Positions 1 through 10,823 of a stretch of 64,000 nucleotides of DNA are shown in pieces. Source of the DNA: Stramenopiles sp. TOSAG23-6 (lineage: Eukaryota). The stretch spans positions 1 through 64,000 of the forward strand of contig LT635913.1 of NCBI GenBank assembly GCA_900128565.1, written 5' to 3'. Every line of letters begins with the position of its first letter. Position 1 is the first letter of the stretch. The position numbers and the translations under genes are program-made. The notes under the pieces were generated by a model. It saw only the letters and a program-made list of their open reading frames with translations. It searched no databases and was not told where the DNA came from.

Positions 1-101
1 TGTATTTTGGAAAAATATTTCAAAAAAAAAAACTAAAATTTGTTAGGTACAAAATTCCGTACGAAAAATAAATTCGAAATTGAAAAAAAAATAAAACATA
101 C
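1..101 (-). other. Intron, repeated introner-like family copy A (3' end cut by window edge)
   Basis: Minus strand CAT|GTATGTTTT...CGTACGGAATTTTGTACCTAAC...GAAATATTTTTCCAAAATACA; nearly identical to the intron at 61074-61164; host ORF turns into Phe/Ile-rich noise exactly here. Confidence 0.8.
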
Positions 102-968
102 ATGTATCGATTTTATGCGACTTGCTACAGTACGAGAGCAAGTAAAGTACATTGGTGATTTACTAGATGCGACAGAAAACATTCGAGACTTTTCTGATAG
201 ATCAGCTGATATAAACGTGATCATCCCTTGATCTATATTATGTTTTTCAAATAGGGAAACGAGCATTTGGAACCAGCGGAACATGTGTTGTCCTGTATTT
301 TCACGGGATAAAACAACAACAGGTACACCTAACTCAACATTTCGTAGAACTTTCCGAAAGAGATCTAAGAAATTAGAAAAGTTTGAAACACATCCAATAT
401 AAGCAGCTGAGCGATTGATATTTATGGCTCCTGAAAATTCGTGCTCCAAAAGTTGGTCCCCCAAACGCTGTTCCACAATATTTGCTTGTGCAGATTCTTC
501 AATTTCAGTAAGCCCATCTTGTTTCAAATAGTCCATCGCCTGGTTTCCAACAAGAAATCCACCATGATTGGCAAATATTTCAGCTTCGACTGAGCGCACT
601 TCATTACGGTAATCTATTTTTGGTGGAACATATGTCAACATATGTTCAATCACTGCGTCGACTTCACCAGAAGTAGCCATTATACTATTACCATTTTCTC
701 GATTAAAGGCATCAACCGTATGGATTTTTTCACCACTCTTAAGTGAATCTCCTTTTAGAATAGTTACAATTGGATCTTCATACCATGTTTTGGCGTCAAA
801 AGAGTCTAGATATGATAGAGATTCAACACGTAAAGCTGTGGTATCATAATCAGGAATTCCTTCTCGTTTAAAGCATTTATCAAAATCGGTCGAAGCAAAG
901 TTATACGAGCGGGCATGAAAAGTTTGCCAGAACTGACGACGAACTAATGATTTATACCTAGCGAGCAT
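102..968 (-). CDS. Exon 1 of a gene continuing beyond the window; aldehyde-dehydrogenase-fold-like protein with probable mitochondrial presequence
   Basis: 289 codons before the GT donor; Arg/Ser-rich N-terminus; GCVSNFSNFLDL...LGVPVVV resembles the ALDH NAD-binding region (weak). Confidence 0.5.
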
Positions 969-1434
969 TCTCTTCAGAGGACGACGAGATTTAATAATGT
1001 CGATTATATCTCGAAAGAACTTGTCGTCGTGTGTTTTCTTTTAATATTTAGCTTGCATTTGATTTAGAGCTTCTTTTCCTTCTTTTCTTTGATGGATTTT
1101 CGAATTCTGATCGATCGTAGGTTTTCGTGTTTTTTTCATAAGAATGAAGAAGAAGCGTTGGGCAACTTGAGTCGTTGAATATCCACTGAAAATGCTTCGA
1201 TGTAGCGATTTGTAATCGTCCAACATTTTGGTATTGGTGGAATTGTGGCAGTGTTTTGAAAAAGACAAAGCTACTTTGATATAAAAGATGAACGCATTTC
1301 GTAATTGGGAACAGAGAAGTCACGAAATTAAAGGAATCGACAAATGAAAATACCTTTCCTTAAAGGGATTTCACCAATATTTATTAGAATGAGACACAAT
1401 TACAAGAATTTTATTAATACATATAGCTTCTATT

Positions 1435-1845
1435 TCATAAAATCTTGCTCGTTTCAACTTTTTCAGCAGCATTTACCTCTTCTACAGCTTGCCTGTAAGC
1501 ACTATTCAGTTTCTTTAATTGCTTTCTCAAAGCCATATTCTTTTCGAGTCTAACTTGGGTTGCGTATCTAGTTTCTTCGATACGACGTTTATCATTCGAT
1601 TCTTTCTGATTCCTTCGTTTCTTCATTCGCCGGAATCTACGACCTTTAGTTGGTGGAGCTTTGGCAACTCCACCGTTTTTCTCAAATTCTGAAAATGGAA
1701 AACCCCACTTTGGTTTTTCCAAACTTTCAAGTAACATACCGCTGTTTGATATGCTGCGATTTTGGATACTACAGATACGCACTAGGGAAGATTTGGCTAG
1801 TAAGCTACTACTACGTATTCTAAGCATTGAGATTACTGATGCCAT
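1435..1845 (-). CDS. Small basic protein, probably mitochondrial (mitoribosomal-like)
   Basis: MASVISMLRIRSSS presequence-like start, Arg/Lys-rich core, coiled-coil C-terminus; no family recognised. Confidence 0.5.
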   Translation of the reverse strand: MASVISMLRIRSSSLLAKSSLVRICSIQNRSISNSGMLLESLEKPKWGFPFSEFEKNGGVAKAPPTKGRRFRRMKKRRNQKESNDKRRIEETRYATQVRLEKNMALRKQLKKLNSAYRQAVEEVNAAEKVETSKIL

Positions 1846-2148
1846 TGTGTTGTTTTTGTCAATTATACCAACTACGTACTTTATATGAACTTCCAATGTC
1901 TGTCAACACGCCACATGCCGCTGCTATCGATTTTTTCCGGCCGTTTTTCGTGTTTTTTTATGCTGATCCGCTGACTACTCAGACTCAGCGTCTTGTGGTA
2001 AAATACAAACTTATACCAAGATTTCCTTTAAAACCTGGTAAATGCACTACTGCTTCATACATCACATTATATCGGCATATTAAAAATCGAACAGTTTAGC
2101 AATATATTAACTTTCAATAACTGATTATTATAAGAAAAGGGTTCCATA

Positions 2149-2961
2149 ATGATAGGTACTGAGACTAAAAGTTCAGCTTCGTCAGGTTGCCCAGTTGGCC
2201 ACGGCGAGATTTCAACGGGCCGTAGAAGTGATGGGGACTGCGACGCTGCTAGACTCACAGATAAAAGCCTACCTGTCAATCGTGAGCTCCCTCCAAATCA
2301 GCGACCATCAATTGGTCAACGCATACCTCTTTCCACAAATCGTTTGAATTCTCGAATTCCAAAGTCAGAAGACAGTGGGAACACATGGGTCTATCCCTCA
2401 GAGCAACAGTTTTACAACGCTATGAAGAGAAAGGGATACACCCCAGACGAACGCGATATGAATACAATTATCGCTGTCCATAATACAGTTAATGAGCGCA
2501 CATGGCAACAAATTTTGCGATGGGAATCAATGCACTGTAAAACCTGTAGTACCCCGAAATTACTCAGTTTTAAGGGTCGTCCAAAAGACTTGAGTTTGAA
2601 GGCTCGCTGGAGAAACTTTATTGGATACAAGTTACCATTTGATAGACATGACTGGGTAATTGATAGATGTGGCACTCCTGTTAGATATATAATTGACTAT
2701 TATAATGGAAAAGCTGATAGTGGTTCACTCTCTACTGCTGAAAATTTTACTGCAAAAACTTCTATGTTTATAGATTCTCGACCTGCTCTCGATTCCATCG
2801 GCGCAGTTTGGGATCGCTTTAGAAAGCCTATATATGAGCAATTTGGACTGATTAATGCGAAACCTGACCTAGCGACTATGACAGGAATTACACAACGCAA
2901 AAATAGTCCTAATGGTAAATCAAATGTTAGTTCTGATTCTGCTGGACGTTGTCCATATTGA
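2149..2961 (+). CDS. HCCS: Holocytochrome c synthase (cytochrome c heme lyase)
   Basis: CPV heme motif, WVYPSEQQFYNAMKRKG, HNTVNERTW, PFDRHDWVIDRCG, RYIIDYY. Confidence 0.95.
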   Translation: MIGTETKSSASSGCPVGHGEISTGRRSDGDCDAARLTDKSLPVNRELPPNQRPSIGQRIPLSTNRLNSRIPKSEDSGNTWVYPSEQQFYNAMKRKGYTPDERDMNTIIAVHNTVNERTWQQILRWESMHCKTCSTPKLLSFKGRPKDLSLKARWRNFIGYKLPFDRHDWVIDRCGTPVRYIIDYYNGKADSGSLSTAENFTAKTSMFIDSRPALDSIGAVWDRFRKPIYEQFGLINAKPDLATMTGITQRKNSPNGKSNVSSDSAGRCPY

Positions 2962-3378
2962 TGAAACATATTATACCAACCAAGTGAATACCTCTAGAGT
3001 AGGGTTAGGGTTACAAAAGGTACTTTCGTCCCCGGAAGGGTAATTCCAAAAATGACTTTAGAAACAAATATTTATATTTCAGTTTTCAATATATACTATA
3101 AAATCATACAGTGAATATTAGCAAGGTGTGTGCCACTCAAGACTTTTGAAATTTTTACGTACAAAATTTAGTACGGATTTCGAATTTCCTGAGTGACCTC
3201 GGATTATTTCTATTTTCAAAAGAATACTGCAATAAAAATAATATAAATAATGTCATAGATCTAAAGGATTTTTTATATACACACATTCTCTCAAAAAACC
3301 ATTCCCGTGTAAGGTGGTTTAATACTCTGAAGAACATAAATCCAAATAATCTATATAATTTATACATGACAACTCATC

Positions 3379-3462
3379 ATCTTCCATAATCCAATTTATA
3401 CAGGGAAGAAAAACATTTTTTATCTTCCATAATCCAATATATACAGGGAAGAAAAACATTTT
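3379..3462. repeat. 43-bp tandem duplication in the 3' region between convergent genes
   Basis: atcttccataatccaat(t/a)tatacagggaagaaaaacattt occurs twice. Confidence 0.85.
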
Positions 3463-3487
3463 ACGAAGTCTACTTACGATATGTTAG

Positions 3488-5224
3488 TTAACTCTCCGTT
3501 GACAACTTTACAACATGGCCGACAATAGGAGCAGAAGTAGTGCCATTTACGTGCACGGTGGGAACAACAGTGGGAACAACGTTTTTAATGTGCACCAATG
3601 ACTGTGGTGGACCACTATCATTCGCCACTAATTTATATTCATCCGGTGTCAGTTTACGACCTTGAGCAAGTTTCACAAGAACTGGTTTTACTGCTGAACG
3701 AGCATTTCCTTTATCTCTTCTTTGTTTACTTGGTGTTTTCTTTTTAGGGGTGGGCTTTACATCCTTCTGTAGTGACTTCTTAAATCTTCGTGCCATTAAG
3801 CACTCCTTTTCTTTTGAATAATCACGGAGACATCCTTGTCCTTTACATGATCTAGAGCGAGGTTTTGCATCTTCCTTTCCAATGCTGTCAGTATCGAACC
3901 ACCTTGCCAAGCAAGGCTTATAATCCCGAATAAGTATAAATTTGTCACTTTTAGAGGCATCTGACCAATCAATTACACCAGGTTCAACAGGTGGTAAAGA
4001 GTCTGTTATTGGGTTGAAGTTTTGGGATACTGTACTTTTAAGGTGCCAATCTAGTTGAAGATGACAAGGCATTGGCATAAATTTTGGAAATTGAATACAT
4101 TGTTTCACATTTCTGCTGGTATCGTCAGAATAAATACCACTACGAAGCAAATACTTCAAGAATGATGAACGTCCATCAACCTTCATCCATCGGTTGAAGC
4201 AAAATAAATCATCCGCAGGTAAATATGCATTAAGAGCTTTCACAGCAGGATGTAAAGGATTATTTGAATCCATTCCAACATCTGATTTTAATATGTTGGT
4301 ACGCATATAATACTGAACAGTTCCATTGCCTGATTTTGATTTTGACTTCGTAGCTTTCGCTGGAATGACCGCTTTTGAAGCAACAACTGACTGGACGACG
4401 GCTGTAGAAGCTACCGCAGTCTTAATAATGGCGGGAACCACAGCAGGAACTACAGCAGGAACCACAGCAGGGACAACTGGTTTAGTTAAAGCGGATTTAA
4501 CAACAACACTTGCTACAGCAGCCTTTGGTGAGCGTTTTTTCTTCTTTGAAGTTTTTGACCAGCGTACATTTTCAATGATCCAATCACGACCTTCTTCAGT
4601 TACAGCCATTTTGATTGGACGTTCACCCCATTCAGGGTTTCGTGGGGTAAGTACATAGCCCACTCGGTTTTTTGCAAAGTCTTTTGTCTTCTGACATGTT
4701 GCTCCAGGTCTAACTGCATCACCGGTAAAACTACCTTCAGTAAAGTCTTCCCTTGAGAAAGCAATACCCTCATCACGTACAGCTTCTGCCACCTTCTTGC
4801 AAAGCACCTTTTGTTTCTGAGCTTGGTGAAGAACAGTGGTTAGTTCTTGGTGTCCTTCAGTGACAACAGTCGTAACTTTAGTACCTCCATCACTACCCCG
4901 AAGCACAACAAGTAATCCATTTGCAGTTAAACCTACAACAGAAGTCGTACCTTTATAAAGTTCACTTGCAATTTGAGATTGAACAGAATTGTTCTCGATA
5001 GATCTTTGTAAAGTTGCAGCTTTTCGAGCTTTTTTTGCGTGGTCGTTAATAATCATTGAAGGTTCCTCGGAGCGTGGGCGTTTCATCGGAGAATGAGGTT
5101 TCGAATCTTCTGCTAATAACGCAACCGATTCCATAATATTTGGATTCATCATTTCCTTTGGCATAATATTAACACGTTGCAGCTCGTGGTGCATTATTGG
5201 TTGTACATTCATTCCGTTATTCAT
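3488..5224 (-). CDS. Hypothetical protein (578 aa), basic NLS-like patches, VVPA repeats
   Basis: Long ORF with protein-like composition; no family recognised. Confidence 0.7.
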   Translation of the reverse strand: MNNGMNVQPIMHHELQRVNIMPKEMMNPNIMESVALLAEDSKPHSPMKRPRSEEPSMIINDHAKKARKAATLQRSIENNSVQSQIASELYKGTTSVVGLTANGLLVVLRGSDGGTKVTTVVTEGHQELTTVLHQAQKQKVLCKKVAEAVRDEGIAFSREDFTEGSFTGDAVRPGATCQKTKDFAKNRVGYVLTPRNPEWGERPIKMAVTEEGRDWIIENVRWSKTSKKKKRSPKAAVASVVVKSALTKPVVPAVVPAVVPAVVPAIIKTAVASTAVVQSVVASKAVIPAKATKSKSKSGNGTVQYYMRTNILKSDVGMDSNNPLHPAVKALNAYLPADDLFCFNRWMKVDGRSSFLKYLLRSGIYSDDTSRNVKQCIQFPKFMPMPCHLQLDWHLKSTVSQNFNPITDSLPPVEPGVIDWSDASKSDKFILIRDYKPCLARWFDTDSIGKEDAKPRSRSCKGQGCLRDYSKEKECLMARRFKKSLQKDVKPTPKKKTPSKQRRDKGNARSAVKPVLVKLAQGRKLTPDEYKLVANDSGPPQSLVHIKNVVPTVVPTVHVNGTTSAPIVGHVVKLSTES

Positions 5225-5357
5225 TTTGAGGAGGAATTATTTTCCTTGTTAATCAACAATATTTTCCCAGTTTCCCGCGCACGACACGAATTCGAAAGAC
5301 AATTGCGCGCACGAAAAATATTTTTGAGCGACCAAAATGACACGTGCGTCTGTGCGA

Positions 5358-5366
5358 TACCCGGTA
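5358..5366. promoter_or_regulatory. TACCCGGTA palindromic motif in a divergent promoter (one of 6 TACCNGGTA copies)
   Basis: Also at 8389, 10639, 25344, 31514 and 38873 (TACCAGGTA), all in 5' intergenic DNA. Confidence 0.6.
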
Positions 5367-5557
5367 CCTACTAATCTGCTACTAAAAATTTAATGCCGCG
5401 TACTATCTTGTAGAAGTAGAGAACTAGCAGTAGTAGGACCTATAGCTGGTGTGAAAAAAAACGCCTAGCCTGTAAAGATAACGAGCCGAGTAATTAGAAT
5501 TATTGTTTATCGCTCAATTACATACATAGCCTTATCTTTTATTTGGTGCCTTAAGAA

Positions 5558-6772
5558 ATGATTGGGTTACACTCGAGAGAAGTAGCCTCCCAATTTTTCT
5601 TTGGACGAGCCCTTCAGCATTTGGCAAAACGTAGTATGTGTAGTACCAGTATAGTCACTACACCGTGGCAGGTTTTGCCTGCTACAAAGTCAGTAATGCA
5701 GCTGGATGATCAAAACGTCTTGCGCCAGAAATACGTTCCTAACCGGCATTTTTCTGTGTATAATGATCCATGGGAAAATAAATGTCGTCTCTCCCAAACA
5801 AATATTCTTTCCAGGTACAGATTTTTCACCACAAAGTCAAGTGATAATACTGAAAACGTAAAAAATAAAAGTGTAGCTGTTTCAGGGATGAAACAAATGT
5901 GGAATAAATATGGATGGACTGCTGTTGGTGTGTATGCGAGCATTTATGTAACCGGACTAGGCGGTATATATTCAGCTATTGAGTACGGTGGAGTCGATAC
6001 ACAGCCAATTTTGACAAATATTACATATTATTTGACAAAGTTTGGACTTGATAGTCATTTACCTATGGACAAGTTGGATCATCGATCCGGCTCATTTGCT
6101 GCGGCATGGTTAATATTGAAAACAACGGAACCTCTTCGTTTTATAGCGACAGCCGCGGTGACACCCGCTGTGGCTCGTTGGATTACTCCAAAAGTAAAAG
6201 AAAAGGCACAAAATGAGTTAGTGAAACATAGAGACCGAAAAGCGAAAAAGGTAATCTTGAAGCAAGCTGATGCTAAAGAGACTGCCGCATTTATAGATGC
6301 AGCCAACAAGGCTACAGAACATGCTTTGCTGTCACTTTCCCACAGAAAATCTTCAAATCGTTCCCGTGTGAAAAATAATATTTCCCGTTGGAGTGGATTT
6401 ACAGCTCACTTTGATTCAATAAAAGTCCACGGCCGTAGAATAAAACAAGTGATTAAATACAAAACCCCAATAATTGGTTATCGTGCAAAAAACCGTCGTT
6501 GGAGAGCATCTCACTTGTCTAACATTTTGTCTTCGAATAATGGTCTTGCAACTAGTGTCACTTTTAAAAATGCAAAGAAATTCGGTTTCAAAAATGATCC
6601 ATTCCCACATATTGGCCATAGTATAAAAGGTTCGATCAGTAGAAATAGATACCCTGTTCAACAAGAGCATAGACGTAATTTCATCAAACGAAGAAGTGAA
6701 CAAAAGCGGATAAATCGAGCTTTGAAGTCAAAGAAACTTTTAGACGAAATGAATGAAATGAATAATCACTAA
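5558..6772 (+). CDS. DUF1279/FAM210-like mitochondrial membrane protein
   Basis: KQMWNKYGWTAVGVYASIY...FAAAWLILKTTEPLRFIATAAVTP is typical of DUF1279; presequence-like N-terminus. Confidence 0.8.
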   Translation: MIGLHSREVASQFFFGRALQHLAKRSMCSTSIVTTPWQVLPATKSVMQLDDQNVLRQKYVPNRHFSVYNDPWENKCRLSQTNILSRYRFFTTKSSDNTENVKNKSVAVSGMKQMWNKYGWTAVGVYASIYVTGLGGIYSAIEYGGVDTQPILTNITYYLTKFGLDSHLPMDKLDHRSGSFAAAWLILKTTEPLRFIATAAVTPAVARWITPKVKEKAQNELVKHRDRKAKKVILKQADAKETAAFIDAANKATEHALLSLSHRKSSNRSRVKNNISRWSGFTAHFDSIKVHGRRIKQVIKYKTPIIGYRAKNRRWRASHLSNILSSNNGLATSVTFKNAKKFGFKNDPFPHIGHSIKGSISRNRYPVQQEHRRNFIKRRSEQKRINRALKSKKLLDEMNEMNNH

Positions 6773-6813
6773 GAAAAAGAAACTTTTAGACGAAATGAAT
6801 AATCACTAAGAAA
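6731..6813 (+). repeat. Tandem duplication of the last codons plus stop codon of the DUF1279 gene
   Basis: aagaaacttttagacgaaatgaat...aatcactaagaaa repeated immediately downstream. Confidence 0.8.
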
Positions 6814-6981
6814 TATACAGTGAAATGTACAATGAAACAAACAATTATTTGAAATGGCTTAACATTGGTGAATGCATTGATATGAAAGTGTTACTTAAAA
6901 TCAGTGTAAGATAATTCAAGATAATTCAAGATAATTCAGCTCTAATCATTTGTTTTATTCAATAAAGAGAATATAATGTAA

Positions 6982-8247
6982 TTAATAATCAACTAAACAT
7001 TCTCTAAATTGTCTATTAAGAGTTGCACTGTCAAGAAATCTACCAATAAAAATTATCTTGTTTAATTGTTCTATATTTTTACTCGTTGCATCTATTTCCT
7101 CGCTTACCGCATCGATATCAAAAAGTTCATGCACCGCTTGCAAAATATGTATACTTGTACTCCCTGAAACACTGAGAAAGCCTTTAGCACGAAATATTTC
7201 AGGTCTATTGTTGCTATTTGAATTATTATTTATATCATTTGTATCTATCCATTCGTCCTCCCATAAAATTTTCCCCAACCACATCTTCAACTTTTCTAGG
7301 TTAACAGAACCTTGGGCGGTGACAGTTATACTTCCAATATCACTAGTATGGTCACTATTAGACACAACGGTGCTATATTTATCGACGTCTCTTGATTTAG
7401 GTTTAGGACAAACAATATGAGACTTATCTTCGGATTTACACTCACCGCAACTTTGTTTACAATGAATTTCCCCAATATCTACAGCTTCTGTTGACAACTC
7501 AAACGATCTTTGGTTTAGAATATTATCAAGTTTAACTTTAGACTTTTCAGTCATATAAATAGAAGCTGTTGAGTTAATTCCTTGAATTCGTTCTACTGTT
7601 GATTGAAGCTTCTCTGGCTCTCTTTCAAATAAATCTTTCTTATTTAAAAGAACAACGTCGGCAAATGCAATTTGCATAGCTGCTTCATTGAGTTTACCAT
7701 GCGCCTGCTTTGTCACGTCGTCGAGATGTCGATGCACATTCTTGGCATCAACAAGAGTAATAATGGAGTCAAGATACATTCTACTCTCAAGCTCATCATC
7801 CAACCACAAAGACTTTGCTAAAGGACCTGGATTTGCAAGTCCAGTAGTTTCGATTAAAATGTAATCAAACTTGTGCCGACGCATTAATAAACGCTCTAGT
7901 GTTACAGCTAATTCATCACGCACAGAACAACATATACAACCGTTGTTCAACTCGAAGAATTCCTCGAAGACTTCACCGTCAGCACCATTTTTTGCAATAA
8001 GTGATTCAATTCCAATATCTTCTCCAAATTCGTTTTCAATTACAGCTATACGCTTTCCATGCTTAGCTGTTAGTATATGGTTTAACAGTGTAGTTTTCCC
8101 ACTTCCCAAAAACCCCGTAATAATAGTAATTGGGACTGGAGGATATTTTTTTATATCTTCAAGAGGGAGAGAACTCGAAGTCGTCACTTCCTCTTCCTCT
8201 TCATCTACATTACATACTAACTCTGGACACTCCTCATCAGACGACAT
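6982..8247 (-). CDS. CobW/COG0523 (ZNG1-like) metal-chaperone GTPase
   Basis: ITGFLGSGKTT, NEFGE, GCICC, ETTGLANP, NKKD, C-terminal CobW_C RAKG motif. Confidence 0.93.
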   Translation of the reverse strand: MSSDEECPELVCNVDEEEEEVTTSSSLPLEDIKKYPPVPITIITGFLGSGKTTLLNHILTAKHGKRIAVIENEFGEDIGIESLIAKNGADGEVFEEFFELNNGCICCSVRDELAVTLERLLMRRHKFDYILIETTGLANPGPLAKSLWLDDELESRMYLDSIITLVDAKNVHRHLDDVTKQAHGKLNEAAMQIAFADVVLLNKKDLFEREPEKLQSTVERIQGINSTASIYMTEKSKVKLDNILNQRSFELSTEAVDIGEIHCKQSCGECKSEDKSHIVCPKPKSRDVDKYSTVVSNSDHTSDIGSITVTAQGSVNLEKLKMWLGKILWEDEWIDTNDINNNSNSNNRPEIFRAKGFLSVSGSTSIHILQAVHELFDIDAVSEEIDATSKNIEQLNKIIFIGRFLDSATLNRQFRECLVDY

Positions 8248-8584
8248 TGCAACACAGTCGATATTTAAGTGAGAACTGTAGAGTGGAAACTTTAGCTGAT
8301 ATTGGAAATAGCTACAGCATAGCTACAGTAAGTTGGACTAGTAGCATTTTGTAAAATAGTAGACTGACTCTGGCCAAAAAAAATGCATTACCCGGTAACT
8401 TGTTTAAGAAAAAAAAAAAATAATTATACGAAAGGACATTACCATTTGGTACTACCTACAGCTACGCAATCTTAGTAACTTGACCACTCATTTTTTCAAT
8501 TCCGAAATAGTTTTGAATTTTGCCAGTGATAGTGATTTTTTTGTGTTTTAGCATTACACTTCTCTACAACACATAAATATTCAA

Positions 8585-9913
8585 ATGGCACCATCAAAGG
8601 AATGTGTTAAAACATCACTGAACGACTTATGTTTGTTGGATACATCCAGAAAAGGAGCTCGTGCAGCTGCTGGAGAAATGACTGAAAGAACAGGTTTGGG
8701 ATATGTTCTATGTTTAAACATTATTATATATTGCCAGAGAATAAATAATTTAGGAATATGTGAAGATGATTTGAAGTCTGTACCTGGAGTGGACAAAGAA
8801 AAACTTCTTAAGCTAAAGGATGCAGGTTATAACTTTGGGAAAAATGTTGTACTGAGAAAAAACTCTATTGGCCAAGGAGAAGTGATAAAAGGTCAAATTC
8901 CAACAGTACAAAGAGGAAAGATTTTATGCGAAAAGCTTAAAAGTGTTTTCTTTGGAAAATCTGTACCTCCAGAAGAAGCCTATGAACAAGAAATTGATAG
9001 ACTTGAAGTTTTAATCAAAAACTTACGTGATGAAAGCGAATTGTTTCAAAAAGAAAAAGTTTTGTTGAAAGGCCAAAATGCTTTATTAAAAAGGATTAGA
9101 AATACACAAAACGAATGCATCGCTGACTATAAAACAAAAGAAAAAGAATTACAAATGAGAATATCTGAACAAACGAAATGTATCACAAAACTTGCGAAGT
9201 ACAAGAAAAATGCAGAATCATCGTTGGTAGCATCTGCTAAAACACTGAAAGAATACAAGAAGAATTTAATCTTGAAAGAAGCTAACCCAAACACTCCTCC
9301 CGCCGAAGATAAAATCAAGTTACAAAACAATCGTATAGAACATGATATACATCACAGTAGTAAAACCTCGTTGTTGAAGCCATCGGAGATAAGTCCCTCC
9401 AGAACGTTTCAAACTGTGAAGCCATCGGAGATAAGTCCCTCCAGAACGTTTCAAAATATGTATTCTGTCTGTATCAAAAATTTGTCACCTAAAACGACAG
9501 AAGATGATATACGACACATGTTTGAATCCAAAGGAAAAATTATTAACATCAATATATGTGCGTCGAATCAGAAAGCACTCCAATGTTGGGCATATATTCA
9601 ATTTTCAACTGATAATGAGTGCAGAAAAGCTGTAGCATTGAATGGTGCATTTTTACTCAACTACAAAATTTATGTGTCAATTAGGCATGATGTGTATGTC
9701 GGTAACTTACCCCGTGAATGGGTAACAGAGGATCGTTTGCATTCTTTCTTTGCATTTGCTGGAAAAATCAGGAATATAAAAATTCGTGATACCAAAGGTA
9801 TTGGTATGAAAGCCTATGTTCAATTTTCATCTGCAGAAGAATGTTCAAATGCTCTTACAATGAATGGTGCGATGCTAATGGGTAATCATTTAAAAGTTTG
9901 TTTAACTAGATAA
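8585..9913 (+). CDS. Coiled-coil protein with two C-terminal RRM domains
   Basis: VCIKNLS...AYIQF and VYVGNLP...AYVQF RNP motifs; 42-bp internal duplication at about 9376-9455. Confidence 0.8.
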   Translation: MAPSKECVKTSLNDLCLLDTSRKGARAAAGEMTERTGLGYVLCLNIIIYCQRINNLGICEDDLKSVPGVDKEKLLKLKDAGYNFGKNVVLRKNSIGQGEVIKGQIPTVQRGKILCEKLKSVFFGKSVPPEEAYEQEIDRLEVLIKNLRDESELFQKEKVLLKGQNALLKRIRNTQNECIADYKTKEKELQMRISEQTKCITKLAKYKKNAESSLVASAKTLKEYKKNLILKEANPNTPPAEDKIKLQNNRIEHDIHHSSKTSLLKPSEISPSRTFQTVKPSEISPSRTFQNMYSVCIKNLSPKTTEDDIRHMFESKGKIININICASNQKALQCWAYIQFSTDNECRKAVALNGAFLLNYKIYVSIRHDVYVGNLPREWVTEDRLHSFFAFAGKIRNIKIRDTKGIGMKAYVQFSSAEECSNALTMNGAMLMGNHLKVCLTR

Positions 9914-10020
9914 TAAAACTTATTTTTTTTGCAGTTTTGTATTTGTTTTTTGAATGAACCCAAACACTTGATGAGCTATTTTAACCTCTGGGAGACAGTA
10001 ATTTTTATAGTAATAGTTTT

Positions 10021-10494
10021 TTATTTATTTCTAAGCATCATGTTAACAATTTTATCTTTGCTATGATGAAGTTCTCCTACTTTCTTAAAACCATGGCGTC
10101 CATGAAATCTCATTGACCCAGGATTCGGTGGGCTCAAATTGACTTCTGCAACAACTGTCTTTTCTTCGGCTACATCAAAGACTTTTTCGTACAGTTGAGA
10201 GCCGATTTGCCGACCTCGGTGGTTCTGAGCGACAGCAATTCGATCAACATACAAAAAATCTTTATATTTTTCATTAAACCAAGCATAGTTGGGGCTTGTA
10301 TATTTTATTCCTGGAAGCATGCAAATTACAAAACCTAATAATTCGTTCTTATTAAAGGCGCCTATTGCAAATTCTGCAAGAAGAAGAAGATTAGCAATCT
10401 CAGCTTCAGTTGCTCCACCAGTACCAGGACGACCATCCTCATTTATTTGCCATATAGATGGTATATCGTTTGCTTGAAGCGCACGAAATTCCAT
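10021..10494 (-). CDS. GNAT N-acetyltransferase, COG3818-like (bacterial type)
   Basis: YTSPNYAWF..Y..FLYVDRIAV...RGRQIG..LY and EVNLSPPNPGSMRFH motifs. Confidence 0.85.
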   Translation of the reverse strand: MEFRALQANDIPSIWQINEDGRPGTGGATEAEIANLLLLAEFAIGAFNKNELLGFVICMLPGIKYTSPNYAWFNEKYKDFLYVDRIAVAQNHRGRQIGSQLYEKVFDVAEEKTVVAEVNLSPPNPGSMRFHGRHGFKKVGELHHSKDKIVNMMLRNK

Positions 10495-10823
10495 TGAACT
10501 ACTGTATACTGGAAAATAAATTTATTGGAAAGAGTTATTGTTTTAAAATAAACAATACTAAAANTATTGTCGGTTGATAATACTTCGTGGCCATGTTGTT
10601 GCCTGTCATTGATGACGTGGTCAAGATTCTTGGCTTGATACCCGGTAATTATACCAACGCGCGAAGTTCGAAGTTCGATACCGACAGTCGTCCGCTATAG
10701 TACGGAGGGAAACTCTTTCTAAAGTATTTAGTACATAGTGGATGTCATTAGGAAGAAAAGAATATACAGCTGATGATATATTAGGTCATATAAAACGAAA
10801 TTGTAAGGAAATTTGAAAAATAA

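Noticed and set aside
969-1268. In-frame TAA (1041-1043) linking a 75-aa ORF to the 102-968 gene (readthrough or altered code)
   Set aside because: TAA, TAG and TGA all end well-conserved genes in this window; the upstream peptide has no recognisable features and ATG 968 begins a plausible presequence.
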